In this document: positions 51,271-63,039 of the stretch, piece by piece | Numbering within the stretch: the first letter of the stretch is position 1 | Layout: each line of letters begins with the position of its first letter | Assembly: GCF_963921235.1 (NCBI RefSeq) | Contig: NC_086106.1 | Span: 24,738,001-24,802,000 of the forward strand | From: Mobula hypostoma | Taxonomy: Eukaryota | Length of the DNA: 64,000 bases | Reading direction: 5' to 3' | Notes under the pieces: generated by a model | The model's database searches: none | Seen by the model: the letters and a program-made list of their open reading frames with translations, nothing else | What the model was told of the DNA's origin: nothing | Made by a program: the position numbers and the translations under genes

Positions 51271-53356
51271 ACGTATGACTATATATAGATATAGATATAG
51301 ATATTTACCTATGTATATTCCTTATTCAGTTAGTGAGTTGCCTATTAATTAATTATGTGATAATTATTTACTTATGTATTATTTTTTCGAACGTCTAGGT
51401 ACCTTTGATTATAAAACCATAAAATGCAGGCCATAATTTATAATTCATACACACTCCCTGGTGGACGTCTGAAAAAAAAAACCAAACAAACAAACAAGTT
51501 CTACTTTGTAGATAGAAGCCCAATGATTGCCTTAACAGTTTAATCAGAATTAACTTGAAGGCATGTTTCCAGTTGATCGATACAATTGCAATTTAAAAAA
51601 AAAGAAAACAACAACAACATAAAACGTACAGAGGGACATATGTAAATGTAAAAGAAATATTTCATTGTAAACCGAGAAAAAAATAATCACTTCTGGATTG
51701 AGTAGAATTCGGTACGAGTTATTTTATTTCATTTGTAACGCTGCCATTAACTGATACGCAGCTTTTTTTTTCCCCCACTTGATCTTCATCATCGCTAAAA
51801 GCAGATGAAGGAAGACTGGCACTCTTTAACTTTATCCAAATAATAATCATGTTTTCCTGATTTTGTGAGTTCCTGAGATAGAATGTTTCGTCAAAACAGG
51901 AAATTAAATAGTCGCAAGACACACAGGTATTTCCTTCATAAGTTCTTTATTTTTTTATTTTCGAGATCTGTCTGGGTATATTCCCTGCCTGAGAGGCCAT
52001 ATGACACCCATATAGTAAAATTGCGAAAAGATCGCCCTCCGTTACAGGAGCGAAAACAACAAATGTTACGAAGAAAACATTCTTAAAAGGTCTGCTCATA
52101 TTAAACTAAGTTCGGTATATTTGCTAATCCTGTATTTATTTTGCAGGGATCTTTAACAATTATTTTTAATACTCGGGACTCCGTTGCACGCTGGTCACTC
52201 ACTCTGCATATTACACTGGTTCGTCAGAGATGAAAACGGATTATCAGGTATATGAAGAATACCATGAAGTCTTCTTCGCACTGCACAGATGCTGTCTTAT
52301 CTTGTGGATGTCTGTTTCGCGTTCTCTTTCATTTGTGAAATTGATGACCCGGTATTTTCCCTTTGCCACAGGTTTACATTAAAGTGTACAGCGTTACTAA
52401 CTTTCTACGTGTTGTATTAAACGTGACCATGCAGTGTCCTGGTACGTGATCCTATTTACTGATGTACAAACTCTTCCATATTGCAGCAGCAACTGAAATT
52501 GGCTCTTGCGTCTTGAATGAAGTGTCAGACGACCACTTTGTCAGTGGTCGTCTGACAAAGTCCATGACATTTTCTGAGCATTTAACAGTGTTAACAAATT
52601 TCACATAGGCAGCTGCAGAAGTAACGAAAGGATGTAGACATAAAACTGCTTCATACTATACCAAGTGTCGATGCATTAGACTGAGTTATTGAACAAATTA
52701 TTTTTATTCCCTCGATCTAAACTGTGATATGTGTAACGTGAAAATAAAGTAGCCTGCAACATCACATATTACAATGAAGATATAAACTAGTGGTAATTAC
52801 TCTCAGATATATCATATCGTCACCTAATATGACCTAATTTCCTTATATAACAAAATTACTTTTATGTTAAAACCCAGTGGAATGGTTCCAATAACGTCCA
52901 GAGACTGTGTTCCCAGCTTACCTCTCCATGTGCGTTTCACACTGTTTACAGTAGTTTGCAATGCCTAAATGATCGCAGTAGTTGTGAGAAGATTCATCCA
53001 CTTTCGCTCAATTTCATCTCCGTACGGAATTACTACGGGACGTCGATCAGATGCCTCAAAATATAGGTGCGCAACAAACTCTTTAAAATTAGGCTGGAAA
53101 ATTGCCTATTAATCACGACATTCTGGGAAAAGAGATATTGTTTTATATTCTGAGATATGTATTTACGTAAATCCATCGATCGTGTATGTCCATCAGCTTG
53201 ATCATCGCGAGTTTTCAGACCATGTTTACGAGAGAAAAGTGCTTCATCGAAAGCGAGAGTTTTGATTGTCTATAGTCAATGAAGGTAAATTGCTTATTCT
53301 CATTTCAGATGGCAATTATAATAGACGGAATAGAGAACGATTAAATTAAGAATTGA

Positions 53357-53369
53357 TGCCACCTGGTGG
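53357..53369 (-). promoter_or_regulatory. Consensus CTCF motif upstream of V5 (reverse orientation)
   Basis: TGCCACCTGGTGG; reverse complement CCACCAGGTGGCA. 643 bp before the ATG. Confidence 0.7.
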
Positions 53370-54011
53370 ATTATAGCTTACTTGTTCTTGCCGATGTTAC
53401 ATGAACCTCAGGTCCTCTTTTGCATCACAACAGCCCATCCTCAATCACCACTTCCAGCCGCGAAATTAATTGTTAAGTTATTCAGAGGAAAGTTACTTTC
53501 ATAGACTGCAGGTGAACACGTCAACATATTGTGCTCCGTGTTGCTTGCTCATTTCTGCTTTTAAGGCCAATTCTGTCGTCTCCACGTTCTGCCATAAATC
53601 CGCGTCATAGAAGAGTAAAGATTGCTATTTCATCATTTGCTGCATCCAGGCTTCGTTACCGGCCGATCTACTCTGCTCGCAGCCTCTGCCTCAATGAGCA
53701 ATCGCAATTTGTTAACCGTCTTCTCAACAAGAATTGCTGGCTGCCCCGCATTCTTCGCCTTTGCGAGGCGCTGCACTGGTGATGTCAGCTCACAAACTAT
53801 TTGATTTGTTTGTTCAGCACTTCTGCGATCGCCTCCGCAAAATTTCATTTCCTGCTTTGCGTCTGAACGCCTCTTTCTATTGTGTTTTAGAGACTCAACA
53901 CCGTGCGTTGTATGTTGTGATTGGTCGCTATGGACAAGGTATGTGTTTTTATTCTCTGGCAATGAGTCTCCACTCTGTGGTCACAGGAGTACAGAATCAA
54001 ACAGAGTGAAT

Positions 54012-54486
54012 ATGAAGAACTGTCTCACTCTGCTACTCATTATTGCATTTCTTCTGGGTAAGATGTTCCTTCACTGTAATATTCCACAGATGCCTAATTC
54101 CCTGTAAACCCGTTTTATTTTCTATTTACGTAACCATGTTGTTCGAAGTAGAACTTATGATCTATGATTTATTTTACTCTTAGACTGGAGCCTTCAAGAC
54201 TCAGTGGAGCAGTCAGTGGATGCAATGACGATCGAAGAAGAAAGTAATGTTATACTAAACTGCACCTTACAAACAAGTACTACAATCCCGAATGGTTTCT
54301 GGTACAGGCAGCGCCCCAGACAGCCACCACAGTATTTGTTTCGGATCATGACAGGGAAAGTAGAACGAAATAAAGATGTGACCGACCGATTAAATGTTTC
54401 CTATGATAGCAGTAAAAAGTATACCGAACTCTCGATTAAGAACGCCACAATCACTGACTCGGCCACGTACCTCTGCGCGATGAGCA
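54012..54486 (+). CDS. TCR alpha/delta-type V segment V5 (apparently functional)
   Basis: Leader 54012-54057 (MKNCLTLLLIIAFLL, GTAAG), AG at 54182-54183, exon 54184-54486 ending DSATYLCAMS. Confidence 0.93.
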
Positions 54487-54525
54487 CACAGTGCTGTAAA
54501 AACTCAACTATCTCGAACAAAAACC
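54487..54525 (+). other. Canonical 23-RSS of V5
   Basis: CACAGTG + 23 bp + ACAAAAACC. Confidence 0.97.
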
Positions 54526-54549
54526 CACTTTCATAATTACCTTTAGATA

Positions 54550-54563
54550 TCGATAGAGGGCGA
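54550..54563 (+). promoter_or_regulatory. RSS-proximal CTCF-like element (V5)
   Basis: TCGATAGAGGGCGA, 24 bp after the nonamer. Confidence 0.6.
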
Positions 54564-56183
54564 ACAAACCAAGGGGAACACAGATGCCTCTTTAACCATG
54601 TGAGCAATTGCTTTCGCATAGTTATTGTTTCGGAATTTCTCTGTCAGTATGGTTAAACTGAGAAAAAAAAAACACTCCAGATATTTCTGATACCATCGAT
54701 TTTATGATAATTCAAAAACGCTTGCATTCTAGCCGATGATGAAGGGCAACCCAGTACAGCCCGAGGACCATACCTTGCATGCCACTTTTGCAAAATCAGA
54801 GCAGTCCTTTTTGATCATTGTGGTTTGTGAGTCATTTATCAAAATCTGCAGAAAACGTCCGGTGGGGCGTGGCAACATCATACCCTGCTGAGGGAACAGA
54901 GGGAAGAAGTCGATCTGATTTTATTCGTTTATTTCTGACTCTGTACCTCAGAAAATAGGTGCGTGACTAATTAATGTAAATTAGGCAGGAATTATGCTGA
55001 TTAATCTCAGAATTGTGGGAAAGGAGATATTGTTACTCCATCCTGACATATATATCTGCGTATATCTATCGATCCTTAATGTACATCTGATTGATGTTGA
55101 ACAACTTTACCATTGGGAATTTTCAAACCAGATTTATCAGAAAAAAACAGCACTTCATAAGCTGCGAGAGATAAACTAGTGGTAATTACTCTCAGATATA
55201 TCATATCGTCACTTTATATGACCTAATTCCCTAATATTACATAATGTATTTTATGTTAAAACCCAGTGGACTGGTTCCAATAACGTTCAGAGAGTGTTTT
55301 CCCAGTTTACCTCTCCATATGCGTTTCACACTGTTTGCAGTAGTTTGCAATGCATAAATGTACGCAGTTGTGAGAAGATTCATCCCTTTTCGCTCAGTTT
55401 CATCTCCGTGCGGAATTACTACGCGACGTCGATCAGATGCCTCAGAAGATAGGTGCCCAACAAACTCATTGAATTAGGCTGGTAAATTACCGATTACTCT
55501 CAACATTCTGGGAAAGAAGATACTGTTTTATATTCTGACATATATATGTACGTAAATCCATCGATCCATACATCCATCAGCTTGCCTCCTTCACATCATA
55601 ACAGCCTATGAACAATCAATCACCAATTCCATCCGCGAAATTAATTGTTCAGTTATTCAGAGGAAAGTTGCATTCATAGGCTGCAGGTGAACACGTCAAA
55701 ATATCGTGCGCCGTGCTGCTTGCTCACTTCTGCTTTTAAGATCCATTCTGTCGTCTACACCATCTGCCAGAAATCCACGTCATAGAACAGTAAAGATTGC
55801 TATTTCATCCTTTGCTACACCCAGGCTTCGGTACCGTTCGATCTGCTCTTCTCGCACCCTCTGCCTCGACGAGGAATCGCAATTTGTTGACAGTCTTCCC
55901 AACAAGAATTGCTGGCTGCCCCGCATTCTTCGCCTTTGAGCGGCGCTGCACTGCTGACGTCAGCTCACAAGGGATTTGATTTGTTTGTTCTGCACTTCTG
56001 CCATCGCCCCGCACAATTTCATTTCCTGCATTGCGTCTGAACGCCTCTTTTTATTGTGTTTTAGAGACTCAACACCGTGCGTTGCCTGTTGTGATTGGTC
56101 GCTTTGGCCAAGGTATGTGTTTTTATTCTCTGGCAACGAGTCTCCACTCTGGTCACAAGAGTACAGACTCAAACCGAGTGAAT

Positions 56184-56659
56184 ATGAAGAACTGTCTCAC
56201 TCTTCTCCTCATTATTGAGTTTCTTCTGGGTAAGATGTTCCTTCACTGTAATATTCCACAGATGCCTAATTCCCTGTAAACACATTCTATTTTCTATTTA
56301 TGTAACCGTATTGTTCAAAGTAGAGCTTATGATGTGTGTATTATTTTACTGTTGGACTGGAGCCTTCAAGACTCAGTGGAACAGTCAGTGGATGCAATGA
56401 CGATCGATGAAGAAAGTAATGTTACACTAAACTGCACTTTACAAACAAGTATTACAACCCCGAATGGTTTCTGGTACAGGCAGCGCCCGGCACAGCGACC
56501 ACAGTACTTGTTTCGGATCATCGCAGGGACAGTCGAACGAAATACAGATATAACCGACCGATTATCTGCTTCCTATAATAAGAGTAAAAAAATATACCAA
56601 ACTCATGATTAAGAACGCCAAAATCTCTGACTCGGCCACGTACCTCTGCGGGGTGAGCA
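56184..56659 (+). pseudogene. V segment V6 pseudogene
   Basis: Leader 56184-56229; acceptor AG changed to GG (56354-56355); +1 A in the run at 56586-56592 shifts the frame before DSATY. Confidence 0.92.
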
Positions 56660-56698
56660 CACAATGTTGTAAAAACTCAGCTATCTCAAACAACCCCC
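56660..56698 (+). other. Degenerate 23-RSS of V6
   Basis: CACAATG + 23 bp + ACAACCCCC. Confidence 0.85.
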
Positions 56699-56727
56699 CC
56701 CCCACCTTTCACAATTTCCTCGAGATA

Positions 56728-56741
56728 TCGCTAGAGGGCGA
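56728..56741 (+). promoter_or_regulatory. RSS-proximal CTCF-like element (V6)
   Basis: TCGCTAGAGGGCGA, the closest of the seven to the CTCF consensus. Confidence 0.65.
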
Positions 56742-57519
56742 ACAAACCAAGGGGAACACAAATTCCTCTCTATTCATGTGAGCAATTGCTTTCGCATAGT
56801 TATTGTTTCGGAATGTCACTGTCCAGTATGGTTCAAATGAGAAAAGAAAAAAGAAAAAAAAACACTCCAGATGTTTCTGATACCAACATTTAATGATAAT
56901 TCAAAATCGTTTGCATTCTAGCCGATGATGAACGGCCCCCAGTAGAGCAGAGGATCATACCTTTCATGCCAATGTTGCAACATCAGAACATTCCTTTTTG
57001 ATCTCTGCGGCTTGTGAGTCATTAATCAAAATCTAAGGAAAACGTCTTGTGGGACGGTACAATATCATATCCTGCTGAACGAACACAGGAAAAAAAAAAG
57101 AAGTCGATCTGGTTTTATTTGTTTATTTCTGAGTCTATACCTCAGAACATAGGTGTGTGACCAATTCATGTAAATTAGGCAGGAATTACTGTGATTAATC
57201 TCTGTATTATGTGAAAGGACATGTTTTATTTTTCAACCTGACATATATATCTACGTATCTCTATCGATTCTTAATGTAAATCAGTTTGCTGTTGAGCAAC
57301 TTGATCATTGGGAATTTTCAACCCAGGTTTATCAGAAAAAAAGAACACTTCATAAGCTGCGAGAGATTTGTCTGTCATCAGTTACAGAGAGAAATTCCTT
57401 ATTTTTAGTTCACATGGCAATTATAAAAGAGTGAAATGTTAGAAACTCCAAACAGCCGTGGAAGCTGCTGCGAAAATCGAATAATTAGCAGTCCCAGTAA
57501 GCGAATTACTTAGCTTTGC

Positions 57520-57532
57520 TGCCATCTGGTGG
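57520..57532 (-). promoter_or_regulatory. CTCF-like motif upstream of V7 (reverse orientation)
   Basis: TGCCATCTGGTGG; reverse complement CCACCAGATGGCA. 637 bp before the ATG. Confidence 0.65.
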
Positions 57533-58168
57533 AATATATCATCCTGATGTCTGGCGATGCTGCATGTATCTCAGGAACTCCTTCACGTCTCAACAGCCAA
57601 TAAAGAAACAATCACAACTTCCATCAGCCGAATTAATTGGTAAGTTATTCAGCGAAAAGCTACTTGTATAGACTGCAAATGACAGGTCAAAATACGGTGC
57701 GCCGTGCTGCTTGCTGATTTCAGCGATTCAGATCAACTCTGGAGTCGCTACGTTCAGCCAAAAATACACGTCAGAGAAGATTAAAGGCTGTTTTTGCATC
57801 TTATGCTGCTACGCTTCGCTAGCGGACCATTTATTCTGCTCACACCCTCTGCCTCGATGAGCAAGTGCAATTTATTGACAGTCTTCTCCAAAAATTTTGA
57901 CGTCTGCCGCGCATCACTTCACCTTTAAGTGGCGCTGCGCTATTAATGACATCTCACAAAAGATTTACTTCCTTTGTTCTGCTGTTCTGCGATCGCCTCT
58001 GCAATTTTTATTTCCTGCATTGCGTGTGAACGCCTTTTTTTTTTCTATTGTGTCTTTGGAAGCGTTGCCTGTTGTGATTGGTCGGTTTGGCCAAGGTATG
58101 TATATTTCTGCACTGGCAATGAGTCTCCACTCTGTGGGCACGGAATGACAGACTCAAACGGAATGATT

Positions 58169-58650
58169 ATGAAGAACTCTCTAACGCCGGTCCACAGTAT
58201 TGTTTTTCTTCTAGGTAATAATTCCCTTCACTGTAATATTCCAGACCTCCCTGTAACTCTCTGTAACCAAGTTTTTTTTCAATGTAAGTAACCATGTTGT
58301 GTGAATTCGAGATTTTGTTCTGTTGATTATCTTTCTGATAGGCTGGAGCCCTCAAGACTCAGTGGAACAGTCAGTGGATGCAATAACGATCGATAAAGAA
58401 AGTAATATTACTCTAAACTGTACTTTACAAACAAGCAATACACTCCCAAGTGTGTTCTGGTACAGGCAGCGCACCAGACAAAGACCACAGTATTTGATTT
58501 GGCTTAACGCACGGAAAGTATACCGCAATGAAAAAGTAACTGAACGATTTTTTGCTTCCTATGATAAAAAAATTTTTAAAAATATATACCGATCTATCGA
58601 TCAGAACACCATAATCTCGGTCTCGGCCACATACTTCTGCGCGATGAGCC
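58169..58650 (+). CDS. V segment V7: open frame with a locally scrambled E strand (function doubtful)
   Basis: Leader 58169-58214 (GTAAT donor), AG at 58340-58341, exon 58342-58650. It reads KIFKNIYRSIDQN where V2 reads DKKYTELSINN, and DSATY becomes VSATY. Confidence 0.75.
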
Positions 58651-58689
58651 CACGGTGCTTACAAATCTGAATTCTCTCGAACAAAACCC
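58651..58689 (+). other. 23-RSS of V7
   Basis: CACGGTG + 23 bp + ACAAAACCC. Confidence 0.9.
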
Positions 58690-58712
58690 TCTTTCGCAGT
58701 TTCCTCGAGAGC

Positions 58713-58726
58713 TCGATAGAGGGCGA
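58713..58726 (+). promoter_or_regulatory. RSS-proximal CTCF-like element (V7)
   Basis: TCGATAGAGGGCGA, 23 bp after the nonamer. Confidence 0.6.
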
Positions 58727-60084
58727 ACAAATCAAACCGAAAGTAAATGCTAACTGAAGTCCAGAGGCTTCGTCCAATATTTCTTTCCCCAGTGAAGTCT
58801 TGATTTGGCAATTACAATGGATGTTTTTACTCTTGAATGACTGTAACTGTGATCGAAACCACTTAATCTTGAATGATTCCTCTGTGTTATCTAATTTCTC
58901 TGGATATTCCCAATTCGCATCTGAATCTTCCCCCATTATCAGTACCGATACATTAATCATTTTAAGGGTTATTTTAACGGAGAAAGTTACTAAGTTTGGC
59001 ACAATAATAGCACATGTAGCAAGTACCATATTTCAAAACGCTGAAGAAGTTTTCATGTGGCTTTTGATTTCAGTCAAAGAGTTAATCACACTTTGGTGGA
59101 TTGTTGTGCTCTATGTCCCTGATTTTTATTAACACACAAGAGTCTTACGTATTTAAACGCCAGCGTCCTATTGTTTCGGACATGAGCAAATGCTGGCTGT
59201 AATTGGTTTCGCCGATTTTTTTTTTCAAAGTTACTTCTAGCGGTTATTCCAAATGATGATCTAGTGTGTTTACCAAAAGTTTTCATTTCGTTTCCATGCA
59301 AATAAGATAAAGGTGGCAATATATATTGGTTTGACCACAACAGCAGTATTTTTTCCCTTCAGGGTACTTCTGTAGACCCTCACCGCGAGCTACACGCTGA
59401 CTTCGGTTTTTTTGCGGGAAAGGGACAGCTCTCGGGGTGTCACGACAAGGCGTTATTCGACATGTAGCTCTCCTTCGAGTTTTGGGATTTCAATTCACCG
59501 GAGGCGGACAGCGTCTAAAGTTGGTGCCTCTGCAGGATATCACTGTGCCGCAGGAGACGAAGGAACTCTGGTTGTGTGCAAACAAAATCGAGATCTTTGG
59601 GCACAGAGCTCGGAAAAAAAAAACCTGAAGAAAGGACGTTAAATATCGTAAATCAGCCAGTTGATGCTACATCTCTCCTCTCGCTATGCACAACAGACAG
59701 TGGAGTGGGGGGGGGGGGTTCGCTGCACTGTTACTTTTACGAGTGGGAGTGGGGACCTGGGTGGGGATTTCGGGTTCTACCATTCAATGGGCAATCGTTC
59801 TTTGCGACACCCCTCTGTTTTCCTGGATGCTAGCGAAAAAAACAATGTAGGCATTTGTCTGACATTAAGTATACATTTGAAACATTTGAAAATTAATTCT
59901 GAGCAGTGTTAACTCCATGCGTCTTAATTGAGTGGAGCATTGTACTTGTATTTACAACATTTACAGTCAGAGCCGGGAAGCAACTTCATATTCACGTTTC
60001 AGCCGGTAGTAAATCTGTCAAATTTACTGAATATTTTGAATGAAATCAATTGAAATCGTCTTACTGGATATGCACGATCATTGT

Positions 60085-60512
60085 TATTAATATCTCAGTT
60101 GAACGCAAAATGAGTTTTCACATTTTACTTCTAGCTGTCTCAAATGTCCTAAAATCGTCCCTTCTGTATTCTGTCCTCCAATTGACAATGATACCCGATC
60201 ATCAGAAGAAACTTTACCGGTCATTTCGATGAATTGGACTACACATCTTCGCCTCGCAGATTGCCCCAGCGCCTATACACTGAAATTGACTGTATATTGG
60301 GACATGAATAATAAGCCCCTTTAACCTTAAATCAAGCGCTTTGTGCTGGGAAACTATATTTTGTGTTTTTGGAAAAGAGGCAGTAAGTACAGTGGAGCAT
60401 ATCATCCCAATCCTAGCAATAAAGATTAAAGACGTAGCCATTCCACATTCTCTTTACTAAATACCGGACAACATTTTTTTTTCAGATCCCATGCCTGCAG
60501 TGTTTGCCTCAC
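60085..60512 (-). pseudogene. Ancient inverted V relic, family C (copy after V7)
   Basis: GTGAG donor 60512-60508, 100-nt intron, TCTTTATTGCTAG acceptor 60414-60413, TTCAGTGTATAGGCG (FWYRQ-like), DDRVSLSI..ENSFCVQLR. Confidence 0.4.
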
Positions 60513-60829
60513 TGAACAAGCAGATTTTATCATCGTCATCCATCTGACAGAGGCCTCTTCCTCCAGTCCAGTCATTACTAAAATGGGTTGTGTAATTCCC
60601 GCCCTTCTATAAGGAGTCCAAACTGCGCAGGTTTGACCGTCGTAGCCGTTCTGCTCACACAGCAAGTGTGCTGCACCTCGTTTATACATTGTTATTAATA
60701 TCAGGAGTGTCCATATGCAATTAGTCAATGCAGCAGGACCCAGGAGGTGAAAGTCAGCATGCATTTTTTACATTTCTCTCTCAAATAATTTTACTCCGAC
60801 TGCAAAATTCGAGGCTGAAGGAAACACCA

Positions 60830-61875
60830 TGAAGTAGCGCTTTCCGACGAACGATATACATTTTGGTAAACTCGACAAGAATTTAACAAAAGGCACCATA
60901 CACCATGCACTATACACCACACATCATCCGAGTACATATCATATTCAGGAGGAGGTGGGGTGCGGTATAATCGTTTCTGCTGCTGGTCCTTCAGTCTCCA
61001 CATGACGCTGCAGATCCCTCTTGTTATGTTTCTGGTCCAGGCCAGGTACTGGGTCAACACGCACCTCTTGTCCCAGAAGTAGAAGGTAGTTCCGTTAGAT
61101 AACATTGCCAGGCCCATCCCCATCCTCTGGTTTTCCTGGAAAACTGGTGCGTTTGGCATCTTACTCTGCACTGCATAGGTCGTAGCCGTCAAGCGGTCAG
61201 ACAACTTATGCTTTCCAGGTAGCCTCAAATTCTTTATGAGTAGTCAATCTCCAGCCTTGTGTTGGGAGAGCCTAACCTTTTGGGCATAGCTACTCCAATT
61301 TCCTTGATTATGCTTGGTGCCGCAATTTCAGCTAGTCCCTAAGCATTTTACAGCCCCCTTCTCATATGAGTCACATGCTGTTTTGAACCGTAGATGTTCC
61401 ACGCCAGCCCCAAAACAGAGCTCAACGGAAAAAAAAACTCGTCTCGCGCCCAAACATCAGATAATATGGCGAGTACATTGTAGCTTCATTTTGTGTACAG
61501 TTGTAAATGCGGACCATATATCCAATACTTTGTTTCCTCTTGTTCTTTTCGATTTTCTTCAAGATTTCGAACATGTCTAACAAGGTCCGATTGCACCTCT
61601 CGTGCAAGGGAACAGCCAGCGAGACATAAGCCGTAGTCTTCGAAGTCTCTTCTTCAGACATACTCAGCTAGTCACGTAGGACCCCACTGTGAAAATGCCG
61701 TCCTTGATCGATATGTATCTGCCTGGGCAGGCCGTAATAAATGAAATACTTCTCCTATAACACTTTGACCAAAGTGGACGCCCGAATTTCCTTGATAGGG
61801 AATGCTTACGCATATCTGGTATACTGAACCATAATAACCGAGTCATTTGAAATGTTTCTGGCATATGGATCTATT
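60830..61875 (-). mobile_element. Gypsy integrase relic, paralogue of 11130-12216
   Basis: ERCNRTLLDMFEIL..YNCTQNEATMYSPYYLMFGRE. Confidence 0.88.
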
Positions 61876-62100
61876 GCTTTCAAACTCGTTCTGGCAACTT
61901 CTGCAACGACAATAGTGCCCTGCTGTATCGGCATTTGCCCATCCCTTGGACAATATCGGTGTCGTGGAGAGGGGAGAATTGCAGCATGGGCAACTGCTGG
62001 TCTTCCATACAACTTTTCCCAGGCCTGCGCCCTGGAGTGGATACTCCAGTAGACTCTCCAGGCGCAGATCCATGGTCTTGCGAGACTTGCGGATGCCACC
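61876..62100 (+). repeat. 3' part of the repeat seen at 14322-14550
   Basis: Fused directly to the Gypsy relic at a deletion junction. Confidence 0.7.
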
Positions 62101-62237
62101 ACTCACTGAGTTGTCACACAAAAAAAAAATCGAAATTAATTTTCGTTTACAGCTGGCAGACGGGGGTATGTGAGTTTGAAAACCATAACTGATCGTATTC
62201 ACATTCAACGATTGGCTGATTAGTAAATAACTCCTAG

Positions 62238-62550
62238 GATTGAAAAATGAGCTTAGATTTATGTCTGCTTTATGGGCGTGTTTGGAATGTAGCAGCTCCA
62301 TAAGATAAAGGAATTATTCATTCAGACGAATGTTTGTCAGTACATAGAGAATGTGGCTGAAATGCCGACTATTTTGTAAAGAGACCTGCGAACAGAAGAA
62401 TTCTGGAACCAACAGAAATTATTTTCGTCTTAATTCATAAAAGATACAGAACCTCCATTTCCTGTTCAGTATATCTAAATTCATATTGGTCTATTCATTT
62501 GTTTTCCATTTGCACTACATCAACCACAACATAAGTGACCGTACCTAATT
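62238..62550 (+). pseudogene. Ancient plus-strand V relic, family A (copy 3)
   Basis: GTGAGT at 62170 and CTCCTAG at 62237; TGT 62288 and TGT 62500 (212 nt apart); CAC exactly 10 nt after Cys2. Confidence 0.5.
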
Positions 62551-63039
62551 ACCCAATTTCGTTAAAAGTGCAGACATGTGTACTATGATTGGTGCTGAAA
62601 CTGAGTGGTTCAAGTAAATGTTTACTTGAGAGTTGAAATAAATATTGAGCTATTTTCATTGAACAAGTCGTTTGTTAATTTCACGTTTAGAAACTTCTAA
62701 GTAATCGTCAATCGCAACAGAAGAAACTGCGCCACATAGTCAGCAACGACTGAAATGTGTTTTATTCCTTATTTTGGGATCATCTTACGTGCAACCGTCC
62801 ACTAGAATATGTATCTCAAACAGAATATTAAACAAAAACAGGATACGCACTTGTGTAACTCCAGTAAGGTCACGATTAACGCCTTATTCATTTGCTGTAT
62901 AAGTATTTACTCTGAAGGCGAAATGTTAGATTTGTCGTTCATACCATAAATATGCAAAATAAATAGGTCCGGACTTCTCGCAGCCCACCAAGACAACTGT
63001 AAAAATAACAGATTTAGGTGGTACCATCGCAAAATTCCC

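Larger units (their letters stand above)
52782..57367 (+). repeat. Tandem duplication producing V5 and V6 (52782-55172 / 55171-57367)
   Basis: The junction GCGAGAG-AT-AAACTAG joins the unit end (cf. 57367) to the unit start (cf. 52782) with 2-bp AT microhomology. Confidence 0.9.
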
